Of a stretch of 64,000 bases of DNA, positions 45,693 to 60,605 are shown piece by piece (the stretch's first letter is position 1; every line of letters begins with the position of its first letter). Position numbers and translations under genes: made by a program. Source of the DNA: Mytilus californianus (lineage: Eukaryota); assembly GCF_021869535.1 (NCBI RefSeq), contig NW_026262734.1, forward strand, positions 22,258,001 to 22,322,000. Reading direction: 5' to 3'. The notes below the pieces were generated by a model. That model worked only from the letters and a program-made list of their open reading frames with translations, made no database searches and was not told the origin of the DNA.

Positions 45693-48600
45693 AGAGATAG
45701 GACTTTTTCAATGAGCAACATCCATACCGTATAGTAAGCTGAATTACGGCTTCAAAATTACAAAATCTTACAAAATTCACAGAAAAAACAAATGGCCTGT
45801 CGTATGATAAAAAATATATATTATAGACAGCCACTAATTATAAGCATCTAACTTGAAATAGGCGAAAAAAGACAACATATATGCGGCAATCAATCCTCGC
45901 CTAACATATAAAAGTGGTGTGACACCACAACAGCACACCATAGAAATAACCTGCGAATGAATTAGTTCAGAACGATTCACGCACACAACAATAAAAAAAA
46001 ACCAAAAAAAAAACCAAACACATAAAGTTCTTTTCGAAGGGTACTCGCGAGTTCAAAGTCACGTGCAAATAATGAATAAATCATTTTTTCCAGACGGACA
46101 ATATCAACCAGTACACCTCTAACTGGTTTAGTGTACACTCGTCCGCAACAAAATGCATACACACATGTATCAACACCCTTTTTTATCTAGAGCTGTCATC
46201 CACCTACATCAACCTAATCTGAGTCAGCTCTTTATAATAATTGCATTCCTTTTTGACGTCAAATACGTTGACTGTGCTTTACTTAGTTTGACCATTACTT
46301 ATCATGGACATCATGTTTGAACTGTCTTTGATATATTAGATCCTTAAATCTAAGTCATCCTCTGATTTGCTTGTGAAACACAGCAGAACTACATTGGTAA
46401 AAGATACATAGATACAACCCGATGAATTGATTTTAAAATTAATCATAATGATCGATATTGCAAAATACCAAATATCGACAAAACGATATTTAATGTAACA
46501 CGCAGCTGATTTTTAAAATACAAAACGCCTGATAATCGGTACTGATAAGATTATAACAAATGAAAAAAATATGTTCAGATAAACCGTCCACAAAAGTATA
46601 GAAAAGTATGGCTGTGGGCACAAAACTAAATTGTTTCTTGGAAAACCTTTTAAAATTGTAGTTTTCAGTAAACGTGTATATGTGTAAAATGTCTTGAGAA
46701 TATTAAAAGAGGGACGAAAGATACCAGAGGGACTGTCAAACTCATAGATCAAAAACAAACTGACAACGCCATGGCCAAAAAAAAAAAAAGACAAACAGAC
46801 AAATAATAATACAGATGATACAACATAGACAACTTAAGACTAAGCAACACGAACCCCACCAAAAACTGGGGGTAATCTCAGGTGCTCCGAAAGGGTAAGC
46901 AGATCACTATCTTGGAAAGTCACTACAGATCTTTTAGAATAATGCAGTGTATATTTACATAATTCATTTCAACTAAATATAGTTGGTAAACGTGGTAAAC
47001 GCAAATGAAATATGATGGATTGTTGATTGTTTTCCTATGTCCAGTGTCAAATACTTCATGCATGTATAGGACGAGAAAATAAATTTCACAACAATTACAT
47101 TAGGTAGGTCCGATCGTAATGAAGGGTTGGAAATTTAAACTGACACTGGGACATGAGGATATATTGGATAGGAATACTTTGCTCATTGTTGAAGGCCTTA
47201 CGGTGAACTATAGTTGTTAATTACTGTGTCATTTAGTCTCTTGTGGAGAGTTGTCTCATTGGCAATCATACCACATCTTCTTTTTTATATTGATCCTTGC
47301 AACATACCATCTATGGACCCCTTTAAACTTTGCTGCAATAGTTTTAAACATGCATAGAGCGTGGCACTCTACACAAGATTTAACGCCAAAAAATGTGACC
47401 GGACAAGGCTGCGTATTTGTACATCTCGCAAAAGCAAACGCCCACTTTAGGGAGGGTTTGACTGCCGATCGGAAGACGAAGATAGACTATTTTTTATTCA
47501 AAAGGCACCCTTTGGGTTTAAAAAAATACTAAAAAGACTCAATGTATCAGTTAACAAGAGTGATATGTCTACTTCTTTACGGAAAATATAACTATATTGA
47601 CTGACCAATATTCCAAATAAATATCTCGTGGTAGGCTACTCTTCAAAATCCAGTTCATTTAAATTTAAGTTAGGTTAATATCTCAAGTCTTACATCAATA
47701 AATAATCCGATTAGCATATCAAAACATCTATAAAAGTTTCTAATTGAAATTAAGAAGAACGTGTCTCAATCCACTTGACTTAGGTGTTTTTGACACCGTG
47801 ATATCTAGTGAACGTAGTTAATACTTGAAATTTACATATTAAGTGTTTGCTTACTACGCTTTAGAAAGTTTGTCTTCCTGTTTTAAGTTTCTTCCTTCAT
47901 TCATCTCGGTCAAACGAGAACTGAGTTTTTTCAACGTGGGTGTATGACATATGTTAAGGAAACAGTCAAACTAATATATTTGTCAATTGACATGCATTCG
48001 GATTAGTTACTTCATTCATACTTTTTCAAATTTTTCCATAAATTTCTATATGCAGTTGTGACGGCGGTATTCTATAAAGAACATATATAAAAGACAGCAT
48101 TACCAAAACCTGGAATCCTGATAAAACATGTTTGATCTCTCAAGCTTCACTTCAAAAGCCCGCTTACCATTGAATATGAGACCAGATTGCTTTTTTTGCT
48201 CGGTTCAAAAGTTTAAACACATCACAAGATGGAAAACAACGTTCATAGTCTTTACTTGGAACAGGCATTTCCTGAATATGTAGAAAATGGTGAATTAAAC
48301 TTTACGTTAGTTGTGTAACGCTAAACCTCACACTTGTATTACAGTCCAATAGAATTATATTATACTGACAACAATGTGTGCTCTTAGACATATTTTATTT
48401 GCAAAGTTAGCAAAAAGGATTGGACACAAGTTATAACAACATTAGTGTCGTCCTCTCCCCATATAGAATAAACACAAAATACATAAGTTAATGACGAAAA
48501 ACAAAGTAGGAATGCATGTAAACAACAAATAAAAACTAAAACTAAAAATACAAAATACAAAATAATATGGAATGCAAAATGTATCATATAAGACTGGTTT

Positions 48601-49121
48601 GAGCGAAGTTTTGGAAAGTAGGAATCAGAATTTTTATTGAATATGTGTAATTTTGATATAAGATAGTACAGAATCAACAATTTATTTATTTTGATGAAAT
48701 GAAATGTCAGCGTCACCAGCCAACAGAAGCTCAATCGATATAGCATATCTTTCTAATTTGAAAAAACAATATTTCTCTTGCTTAGTTGTCAAAAAGGCAC
48801 CTGAACAAATTGTGAATACCATCCTCAACAGGAAGGCCACAGCTGTATGCGGAATTGGGTTAAATATTAAAACGGTGCAGATCTGCATTTCAATGAAAAA
48901 CTGCACATATTTCTCGAGCGTGTATGAAAACATTTTCTTTCACGACTAAAACAGGAGGTTGGCTGTATCAATTTAGATTTCATCTTTCGTTTGAATAATA
49001 TATTTGTATTTCGGTAAGTAAGTATGTCGGAGGTTACGGCTATTCCATTCCAAAGCAGTAGATGAAAAAGGATTGTATATCCATATCTAGTTTATAGCGG
49101 GGTACTTCATAATTATTGCTG

Positions 49122-50147
49122 TTTTTGTCTCGCCCTGACGTCAAAAAGCGAGACATAGGTATGCTGTTTCAGGCGTCGGCGACGGCGACGGCGGCGGCGG
49201 CGGCGGCGGCGTCAACAATGTATTAGTTTGTGATTAGGTCTAGTTTATGGTGAACCACTAGTGGTAGGTCAATGATATTTAGTATGCAGTTGTATTAGCA
49301 TTAGCACATCTCATTACCATGGAGATTATTTGGCCCTGCCCCCTCAGTCATGGTCTATTGACTTCTAAACTTTGCTTAGTTTACATGTATTAGTTGGTGA
49401 TTAGGTCAGTTTATGGGGAACCACTAGTGGTAGGTCAATGATATTTGGTATGCAGTTGTATAAGCATTGGCATATCTCATTTCCATGGAGATTATTTGGT
49501 CCCGCTCCCTTGGTCATGGTCTATTGACTTTGAAACTTTTGCTTAGTTTACATATGTATTAGTTTGTGATTAGGTCAGTTTAAGGGGGACCGTTAGTGTT
49601 GGGCCAATGTTAATTGGTATGCAGTTGTATAAGCATTAGCATATCTCATTTCCATGGAAAATATTTGGCCCCACCCCATCAGTCATGGTCTATTGACTTT
49701 GAAACTTTTGCTTAGTTTACATATGTATTAGTTTGTGATTAGGTCCATTTAAGATGAACCACTAATGTTAAGTCAATGATATTTTGTATGCGAATGTTTT
49801 GGCATTTGCAAGTTTCATTTTCATGGAAATTAGATAACCCCACCCCCTCATTATGGTTCATTGACTTTGAAACTTTTACATAGTTTACAAGTTAATGTTT
49901 GTGTTTAGATTTGTTTAAAGGGAACGACTTATGAAAATTCAATGGTATTTGGTATCATGGGTATGCAGTTGTATTAGCATTGGCACATCTGATTTCCATG
50001 GAGATTGTTTAGCCCTGTACCTTCAGTCATGGTTCATTGACTTTGAATATTTGCATAACTTACATGTTAAAGTATTGCTATTTTAATTTCAACATTTGCA
50101 TTATCAAAATAACAAATAGGCGAGACATATCTCTGTGCTAACAGTTT
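49122..50147. mobile_element. HINE/pearl-like element with about five ~168-bp core repeats
   Basis: Hairpin tgtctcgcc...gcgagaca and (GGC)n microsatellite; cores start at 49218, 49385, 49554 and 49723, plus a degenerate fifth; matching ggcgagacata at the far end. Confidence 0.8.
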
Positions 50148-53100
50148 ATTTAAATCATAATTAGATACTTGACCAACAAGTGGGGCATTACATCGCAGAG
50201 ATAATCAGGAGCAGGCCCATTATGTAAAGAGTAGACCATATTGAGCGTTCTGGACTTTCTTCTGTCTACTAGTGATTGCAAGTCTGTTTTGAAATATATA
50301 GCTTCCTAACACGCAAACACGGACAACCCTGTTACTAATCTTCTTGCTTCCAACTGATTATGTTCTAAATTGTCGGAATCTTGTTGAGTACCACCATCTC
50401 ATAATTCGCATGCATATTCCATAATTGGTATAATAAGTGTTAAATATATGTGTGAAAGACAAATTCTATACATATCTCAATTCTTTAAGAACATTTAACC
50501 TTGTGTTTGCACAATTTATTATGTTTATATACATGTTAAAGGATTAAAGATGAAAGATAATAGAGTTATAAAAAAATAATTTAAATATTACAAATGTTCA
50601 TAATTGTACATATATGCAAAAAAACAAAAAAGTTAAAAAGGAGCCAAAAGTTGTAGGTTAAATAATAATCTGATTTTATACCAGACTTTAAAGTCTATGC
50701 TTAAAGAAAACAATGACTGTTGATATACAAGCAAAGGAACTTTTCCGAAAGAAAATTACATGTACATTTATCAATAAAAAGTAAGTATTTTTAGTTGAAT
50801 TATCGTAAACTTGACATTTATTGGGTGAGTTTTACATGTATAATTATAGAAAAAAAAACATATAACCTAAAGGTGACGTATATTACATTGTGTGCTCTTC
50901 TAAATGAAGAAATTTAAGATATAATAAATTTTAATCAAAGCAGGAAAAAAACGCAAATTTGTATATTTCAATTGTTTACATCGATGCTCAATAGCTAGTA
51001 GATACATTTGTCTTTTAACATACAACTGGCATATAAGGACCGTAATTGGCAAATTTATCGACCAAAAAAACGATCTATTATACTCGGTTTTCATGAGCTT
51101 AATTGACAGCGCGGCATCCCTACAATGACCGCCATTTTAACATCGCGATGACCGTGAGATCATTCCGATGTATTGTTGCCACAGAGATTTCTACTTACGT
51201 AACTTTCGTTTTGGACTGGTAACCGATCTATTAATACGCGGATATTATCGAATGCAAAATAACATTCCTTATGGCTTGTTATAAATTCATTTCGTCAATG
51301 AATACTCATAAACATATTTTTTTATAACATAAATTAATAATATGAAAATGTTTTGTCGTTAGAAAAAATATATATAAGTAAAATTATTAATATCTATGCA
51401 CACGTACAGCAAAATTGTGTTTACTCATGCGAAAGAATATCACAAGAACTTTTTGCGGGAAAATATGAATGCCTACTCAAATCCAATCTATTAGAAAAAT
51501 CGAATTATTACAGAAGAGTGTCCACCATGCACTTGCACTGCACTATTATTAGAATAGTAGAAAATAATGATCATATACAAATGGATAAAAATTATATATA
51601 CATGTAACTGTAATATACAAATATTAATATAATATATATCAACACAATAAAAAAGAAATTACGGTGAGGTTGAATTCAATGTCATTTATTCATCATCCAC
51701 GCACGAACTTGTCTCAGAAAAATATAATTCTTTGTACATTAACCTCACTTTCAGGTATAGAGATTTAATTTTTGTCTGAGACAAGTGTTTGTGACCATCC
51801 ACAATAACGTGCGGTCATCCGATGTTCAGTACTTTAGTGCTTTGATTACGATTGTACACATTAGGTGGCGTAATGGGGAGATAATTTTGACGAAGTAGAA
51901 TCCTAACTAATAGACGTGTTAGGAAACTCAATACGATTTTGACGCTGATGATAAATACCAATACCACTACAGGCTATTGTGGGGACCATCTCAAAAAGCC
52001 CAGGTAATCATTCATTATAGTTACCTGTATGGGTTTGTTTGATAATGCTGAGATGTTTTTATACAATTAAATAATAACAATTTACACAGAGGAGGATCCA
52101 GCAAAACAACACGATCATTATTAATATTATCGTAAAATTGCCTTGGTTAATAGTAGTGATCGAATAATTCTAAGATCGTTGTTCCCCCATTTCTTACTAT
52201 GTTGTTGAACGACTACAAGGAAAATCTGAAAAATGATAAAAAATAAATGAATAAAAAAAAACACTGCAATCAAATCACATCCGAATGCGATTTTTTACTG
52301 CACGTCAATCTTTGTTCAAAATGTTCGTTTATTTGAAATTTATTTAAGATATACCTTTCATAGCATTTATACGGGATGGGTTTTGCTCCTTTTTTTTGGG
52401 GGGGGGGGGGGGGGGGGGCATACGGTGACCTATAGTTGCAAACAATTGCGTCATTTGGTCTCTGGTAGATAGTTGTCTACTTTGGCAATCATACCACATC
52501 TCCTTAATTTAAATCATTTTCTAGATTAGAGAAATGTGTAGCTTAAAATACTAATAAAAAAACCTAGAAATTTGTGTACTTGACAATTAAAAAAAATAAA
52601 AGAATGAAACAAAAGCTATTTCAATTTGACAATCTTTATCTTTTTATTTTAGAAAGGTCACTCTGGCAATTCAATGTAATGTTGAAAAGGGACAATACCT
52701 AAAAAAAAACCCGTTGAAATGTGTGAATTAATTATTCTTATTCACATTTTAACTGACACTTTCTTTCTATCAACTTTTGTCATTTAGTTTTTCGGACAGA
52801 AGAGGTTATCGAATTAAGTTATAAAAGATTACCACATTTGGGCATTATTCAAGCATGTTAAATTTACATTTCGGTGAAGGGTCGGAAGTATTTTTTTCTT
52901 GGTATCACGGCTTCCTCCGCCAACAAAACAGAACATCACGATTAAATTGAAATTTGTTGAAAGTGGCGTTAAACTTTCATATGGAGAAGTTAATTTTATT
53001 ATCCTTGGGTCAGAAGGATATTTTGAAAATGGAATATTCGTTTTCACCTCTTGCAAAGCCTGCTAAATTATATGTCGGGCAATTTTTTTTCTCGATTTCC

Positions 53101-55000
53101 TTCATTTTGTTCTACCTAATATTCACTATACTCTCCGCTTTCTAAATTGGACGGTATATAGTGATGGTTGGATGGGTCAATCCGTGCGTTCTTTCTTCCT
53201 TCTGTCCATGCATTGCATTCCTACCCAGATATTATTAGACAATACGAATCACATACGACTTGTGGAAAGTGGTTTTCTTGAACATTAAAACGATGCGCCA
53301 GCAAGACAACCTTACATATTCTACTCATATTATTTAATGTATATATTTGGACTTGTGGCCGTAGAATCCGCCATTCCCATTCTTGACCCTTACATATATT
53401 TTTTTAAAGTTTTGTTTTGCACTCCCAAATCAAACAAATACAAATGAATGTATGAAGATCTATGTAAGGCCAATGCACGTCGACGTTAACCGTTTGCTTC
53501 ATATCAAACACACCACAAAGCTAAACTAAACTACTCCGGGATACTTTTAAATGCAATTGCATTTTGAGAAAGTCCACACTTAAATCTTGTATCGGTATTG
53601 GTATTTAACATCAGCGCAGTATTTAAACCCCTTTCCTAACACGTCTAATAAGATATGAATTCATATTAAGGTTTAATTCTGCAATGCGAAAGGATAATTT
53701 TGTAATGTCACTTGAAGGTGTGATCTGTCCTAAATTGGTCAGAAAATGCTTGGTCATGTTCTATGAACATTGAAAACCGCAACCAAGTATTGTCTAGCCT
53801 ATACAAATATTTCCTAGTGAACTAAACATTTTATTAATCTGCCTGTCTAAATTTGTTTATACCTTTGTAGTTTTACCCATTAATGTTTAAGGTGGAGATC
53901 ATAAGATTATTATTGTTAAACATTTGAGAATAACTCATAATTCTATATTAACCTATCATAATATATACACGTGTATATGAAAAGTAAAAGCATATGCAAA
54001 AACGGTATTATCATAATATTTCTGTTAACGGATTTTTTTTTATATTTTATTACTTTTATTTACATATAATATACTACTCTATTTACGAATTCATATTCAA
54101 CATATTTAAAACGAGACCATCAATGTATTTAGGTCACGATGATAAATGTGTTTGTAAAAAAAATTAAACTGTTTAGATCTGATTAAAAAACATATCTGGA
54201 GTTTACAAATGAAAACTTGCATAGAAATTTAGAACTAAACATGCTTAACAGACGCTTTATACTCACGGGAATATAAATAAAGGATCCGATTGTCATTCAT
54301 TGACTCATGGTTTCATTCTCGTATATAACAACAGTTCAATTTAGCAAGCATGTGACACTAACTTATATTTACATAAGCTGTCTAAAGCGAACAGTATTGT
54401 CAAATGTTATTACTTTTAGCAATGACGTTTTTGAAAAAAAATAATAGGAGTTTGCTACAAAAGCAAGCAAAGCAATGCTATATATAGGGATTTCATCATG
54501 GGCTATTGATGGTGATGCAATGCAAATGAATAAAAAAAAGATTGATCGAAATTTGCAAACTGAAAGATCTGTTCATTCACTATTCCAATGCCAAAGATAT
54601 ACATATGCCGAATTCATTATCACCAAACAAGTGAAACCAAAATCAAATTGACGATTAAATTCATAATGATAGATAGTGACATTATCTTAGAGATATCTTT
54701 TCAAAAAGACTATGGAAGTTACTACTATCTGATTTCTGATTTAAATTCGAAACTCAAAAATGTCATTTTGGGTCATCAATGCTTTTCAACTTTACTGTAT
54801 TTGGCCTTTGAAAATTTCTAGTCAACGTTACTTATATATCCTTTTACACGAAACGATGGTCTATCATAAAAATGTGTTATACTGGTATTTATGATGAGTT
54901 ATTCACTTAGACTTGACTACATCATTTTCTATCTTCAGTTTTGTTTATTATGTTCATTTTGAATGTTCAGTATGTCTACAGTATAATATTTTTCCTTGCT

Positions 55001-55170
55001 TCAGTCCGATATTTTGCTGTTCTCTGTAGTTTGATGACTTCGCTCATATATTTTCGTAATGAAAGGACAAGCTGGGAACAAACGTTTATGTTCCTCTATT
55101 GGTACATCGGAATCGTTCCACTGCCATATTATTCCAGCACAAAAGAAACATTGCACGGTATCATCCTTTC
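55001..55170 (-). CDS. IAP gene, BIR2 3'-half exon (terminal as written)
   Basis: GKDDTVQCFFCAGIIWQWNDSDVPIEEHKRLFPACPF has exact C-x2-C-x16-H-x6-C spacing; acceptor cacttag, phase 1; TGA at 55001-55003. Confidence 0.88.
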
Positions 55171-57616
55171 CTAAGTGAAAAATAAATAATAAATTCGTAA
55201 TCAAAACAATCATTTGTTGCGTTTACTATACTGATATACGAAAAAACGTCGTTAACTCGCATCATAATTTTCGAAAACTTAATGTGAAGTTTTCTTAATT
55301 CATCGCTACGCTAAATTTAAAACGAGCCAAATGTTATCAGATTTTATGAGTAGGATTGTTAAAAAGAAAAGGACACAATGTTACCGATTCACACTGTTTT
55401 GGATATCGTACTTCGATTGTTTTTACATGACTTTAATTGTTTACAATTTTTGTAATTGTTCTCTTTACAAATCAGTTTTTTTTTTTTAACATTTATATAA
55501 AATTATATCATTTACTCTATCAAATGACCAAATATTCTAATTTTCTAGTAGAAGGGAACCTCCACGTATACTTTATAATCGGAGATGGTTATACTATTTC
55601 ATCCTGATAGTGGTACTTCCAATTGCCAACGAAAGAGAGAAAACACTTATTGTGAATAGTAGAATTAACAATCGCCTTTTCCGCATTAAAACTATCGAAA
55701 TATAAGAGAAAAAACATATAATCTCCCTTTATAAAGTGAATTAGGTAACTTAAAATGACTTACAAAGTGACCTGTATTGTTCATACACAATAACAATGCA
55801 TTTGTTTCTTGCTTCATGCAATGCAACTAATATTTGTATTGTAACTAGACAGCGATTTTTCAATCTTTATCTAGATTAATTGATAAGGTAGTTTTTGTGA
55901 CGATATAATAGATTCGAAGGGCGTATAAAAACCTACCACAATAGAAAGAATATCCCACTGTAATGTGATTTGTAAAATGCATACAAATCCTGCAAAATTT
56001 ACTTATTTTCAATTGTTTTACGGTATATAAGTCAGATTATACATATTTTTAGCTTTTTTGTATCGCATAACACATCTTGGGTGTCAGGAGAGCCACAAAA
56101 AGACCTCCCTACGATCGGTATGTCTTCCATTTGATCAATCTCGACTTTCCTCGGTGTGTTCTGAGACAAGAAACCCTTACAAAATGCATTCGTCAACTGA
56201 TTTTTATAGTTTGTTCTTTTGTTGTACTGTTACACCACTTTCCAAGGTTATGGGAGGGTTGGCGCCTTCAAACAAGTTCAACCCTGTCACATTCTGTATG
56301 TGCCTGTCCCAAGTCAAGAACCTGTTATTCATTGGTTGTCGTTTTTGCTGTGTTACATATTTGTTTTTCGTTCATTTTTTTGTACATAAATTAGGCCGCT
56401 ACTTTTTTCTCGTTGAAATTGTTTTACATTTGTCATTTCGGGGCATTTTACAGATGACTACGAGGTATGGGAATAGCTCATTTTTTCAAAGCCGTACGGT
56501 GACCTATATGGTTGTTAATGTCTGTGTCATTTGATCTATTATGGAGAGTTGTCTCATTGGCAATCATGCAACATCTTCTTTTTATATTATCTGTAGCATT
56601 ACTTTAACGTAATTTCGTGGCTACTACTTTACAATAAAAGGAAGTTTTGGAAAATTATTTAAAGATTGCATTCGATTGTAGGTACAATATTGTTCGTTAA
56701 TGTACGTAGACTATTTTTCCATGTTGTTTATAATGTACAATTGGATGGAAAATTGAATCAAATGAACAATATTTATCAAGTATACAACCTGTTTAGGCTT
56801 TAAATGTATTACCATGTGTTGAGAGTGTTAAACTCCCTGCAAATGGTTTTATATGTGGGTTTCATCAAGGACATAATTCATCTATCCTTGTTGACTAATT
56901 TTTCATATTCAATTTTAGTTTACTCTTGTTCTAAACATGTGTGAAAATGTGCCACTGAATAATTTAGTAAGATCTAAAGATCTATCGGTTTGCAATACTT
57001 TTTAGAGTGTTTTATAATAAAGCAAATGAATTTTAGATAACGGTTCAACCTCTTTTGTTAGTGTTAAATAATTCAAGAATGGTATATGCATTTTTTAATA
57101 GAAAAGAAAGAAAGAATGATATACATATATTGTACTATCAGCACACAGAAAAGTGCATATCATAGTAATTTATCGAATTTGCCTTAAACAGTCAAATTAA
57201 GTAAAACATATTCTGAAATATTATATGCAAGGTTCGTAGAACTGTATCATTTAACCTTTTTGATTCGAGCGTCACTGATGAGTCTTTTGAAGACGAAACG
57301 CGCGTCGGGCGCTAATACAAACTTTCATTCCTAGTATATATGATGAGTTTGTTCACTTTTCATGAATTCTCCAATAGCTTTATATTTAGCAGGTTTAAAA
57401 GGAAGACTGACTTGTGACTTCATACAAGAGAGTCCAATTTCAACATTGCTATACTATGTCATTTAATGCATTACAAGAACATAATTTATTTTGTAAAAAA
57501 CTCAGAAATAAACATTCTGGTACCAGTTAATAACAGGATACACATGCAAAGAGTCCAATTAGATAACATTGCAATAAAACAACAAACAAAAATCTTTTTA
57601 TAACCCTCTCAAAAAT

Positions 57617-57722
57617 TTTTATTTGAATCATATTCATAATCTTTTAAATTTCATTTGAATCATATTCATAATCTTTGAAGTTTTATTTGAATCATATTCA
57701 TAATCTTTGAAATTTTATTTAA
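57617..57722. repeat. 32-bp x3 minisatellite (atttgaatcatattcataatctttgaaatttt)
   Basis: Copies at 57621, 57653 and 57685; the paralogous intron near 62390 has only one copy. Confidence 0.85.
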
Positions 57723-57791
57723 ATAATATTTATTTTTTTTACATCATTTTAAACACGTTTTTAAATTCTAAACTAAAAAAAACTATATTAC

Positions 57792-57992
57792 CTGAATAGA
57801 AAAAACCAGCATTAGCCAAATCTTCAGGTGTTTGTTTTACAATACTTGTCCAACCTTTGAATGATTTCAATCTTTTTCCCATGCTTTTATATGTAGAATA
57901 GCGTGGAAGCTTTTGTTGAAGGTTAGAACTAACAACCTTTTGAGCAGTGATCTGTTCGGTATTGCTGTATTGTGCTGCATCATAAGTAATGG
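57792..57992 (-). CDS. IAP gene, linker plus BIR2 5'-half exon
   Basis: KRLKSFKGWTSIVKQTPEDLANAGFFYSG; acceptor tttcattacatcaccatccatag|CC, donor G|gtaata; 201 nt, phases 1 and 1. Confidence 0.85.
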
Positions 57993-58531
57993 CTATGGAT
58001 GGTGATGTAATGAAAATGAAAAAAAGATTGATCGAAATTTGCATAATAAATGATCTGTTATTTCACTATTATAATGTAAAAATATATATAATAACATTAA
58101 AATCACTAAAAAAGTGACACCAAAATCAAATTGACGATTAAATGCATAATGGTAGATAGTGACATTATCTCAGAGATATATTTTCAAAAATTTGGGCGGA
58201 CTATGGAAGTTACTACTATCTGATTTCTGGTAAAATGAAGTCGAAACTCCCAAAAGTCATTTTGGGTTCTCATTGATTTTCAACTTTACTTTTTTTGGCC
58301 TTTGAAAATTTCTAGTCGAACGTTACTTATTAGTCTTGTGTACACGAAACGCTTGTCTGGCATACAAATGTTTTATCCTGGAATAAATGATGAGTTAATT
58401 CACTTAGGCTGACATCCTTTATTTTCTTTCTTCCGTTTTGTTTGTAATATTCAGTATCTCTACAGTATATGATTTTCCCTTGCTTTAGTCCGATATTTTG
58501 CTGTTCTCTATAGTTTGATGACTTCACTCAC

Positions 58532-58654
58532 CAATTTTCGTAATGAAAGGACAAGCTGGATAAATACGTTTATGTTCCTTTAATGGTACATCGGAATCGT
58601 TCCACTCACTCAGTATTCCAGCACAAAAGAAACATTGCACTATATCTCGCTTTC
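58532..58654 (-). CDS. IAP gene, BIR1 3'-half exon
   Basis: GKRDIVQCFFCAGILSEWNDSDVPLKEHKRIYPACPFITKI; acceptor tctcctag, donor G|gtgagt; 123 nt, phases 1 and 1. Confidence 0.88.
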
Positions 58655-60605
58655 CTAGGAGAAAAAATAAATAATAAATTCGTAGTCAAAGCATAAGTAA
58701 ATATCAATAGTATTGTACGTAAACAACATCTACGGACTAAAGAGAAAAATAAATTTGATTCTTATGAGGCTCTGCAAATCTACCAAAAAGGTATATAATT
58801 TTATCTAGACTTTCGTTAATTGGTATACAAACTACAAACTTACATTTGTTTGTAGCTAAGGTACAATGTCACACTTTGACCGTTGCAACATTATGTGATG
58901 TCATGAAGAAGATTTTAAGAACCTTTTCTGCTAGATCAGAACCGATCATATTCATCTCTAAAAACACACTGGCTGCAAAATAGACTCACACATCTCTCAG
59001 TCTATAAATGACAATAATAACTTTAATTATAAATTGTGTGAGCCCGGACGCGACTTTCCCGATATACCCTCACCAGGAACGCTCTAACGTTAACATTTGA
59101 AAGCCAGGGATGTAAACATACGTACATATACTAGGAACAAAAATACAAAAAGGGATATGAAAAGAAAAGTCAAATTTATCTAAGGTTGCTTTTGCTTGAG
59201 AGAGCTGGAACCTTAGTTTGATAAACATTTTTTTTTATCGACGATGAATTTGGAGAGGGCTGAAGTATTCCTTATATACCTATATGGAATTAATTTCCTT
59301 ATGAACGATATGGTTTCTTTTGAAGAAAAAACTCGGACGATACAAAGTTGTATTGAACTTTGCTTCAAAACATAAATAGTGATCCGTGCAAGGTAATTAT
59401 TTTCCTTTATTAAAATACAAACAACAGTTAACTAAAACATGTAATTCATTTTACAGTAATCGCGTGTTCTTTGCACATGTAGCAAATGGCGGTTTACTTA
59501 TCAATTTGCCATCTTAAATAGGTTTAAGGAAGAAACAATTATTTCTTCCGTTTACTAGACTGATATACGAAAAAACGTCGTTAACTTGCATTCAACTTTC
59601 TAAAAAATAATGCGAAGTTTTCTTAATTTATCGCTGCGCTAAATTTAAAACAAGCCAAAGGTTATCACATTTTGTGAGTAGGATTGTTAAAATACAAAAG
59701 GACACAATCTTATCGATTCAAACTGTTTTGGATATCGTACTTCGATGTTTTTCGTGCTACAAACTTTAATTATGTACATTTTTTGTTATTGTTCTCTTTT
59801 TTTTTTTTTTTTTTTTTTTACATTTTTATAAAATTATATCATTTACTCTATCAGATGACCAAATATTCTAATTTCCTAGAAGATAAAATTCACGTACTTT
59901 ATAATGGGAGATGGTTATAATATTTCATCCTGAAAGTGCTACTTCCAAATAAAAGAGAGAAAACACTTATTTTGAATAGTAGAATAAATAATCGTCTTTT
60001 TCGCAGTAAAACTATCAAGAAATAAGAGAAAAAACATATTATTGTATTTTTCATACACCATAAAAATTCATTTGTGTCTTGCTTCATGCAATGTAACTAA
60101 TATTTGTATTGTAAATGGACAGCGATAATTTCAATCTATATCTAGATTAATTTATGAGGTAGTTTTTATCACGATATACTAGTAATTGATCCGAAGGGCG
60201 TATAAAAACCTACCACTTAGAAATAAAAAGAATATCCCACTGTAATGTCGTTTGTAAAATAGGATACAAATCCTGCAAAATTTACTTATTTTAAATTGTT
60301 TTTACGGTATTGTTTATACATATATTGTGGTTTTTCGTATCTTATAACACACATTGGGTGTCAGGAAAGCCCTCACAAAGACCTCCCTACGACCAGTATG
60401 TCTTTCGTTTGTTCAATCCTGACACTTCTCGGTGTGTTCTGAGAAAAGAAAAACCTTAAAATATGCATTTGTCAACTGTTTTTTTTAAAGTTTGTTGTTT
60501 TGTTGTACTGTTACACCACGTTATGGAAGGATGTCTGTCCAAAGTCAGGAACCTGTAATTCATGAATTGTCATTTTTTTTCTGTTTTGCTGTTTTTCGTT
60601 CATTA

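Noticed and set aside
51150-51170. CCGCCATTTT (YY1-like) motif as a promoter, also near 20992
   Set aside because: No associated ORF or exon chain could be built, and the motif alone is insufficient.
24000-54000. Many 60-120 aa AT-rich ORFs in the track (e.g. 25429, 32748, 37272, 48384, 50900, 51353)
   Set aside because: Low-complexity F/I/L/K-rich translations of introns and repeats with no recognisable domain.
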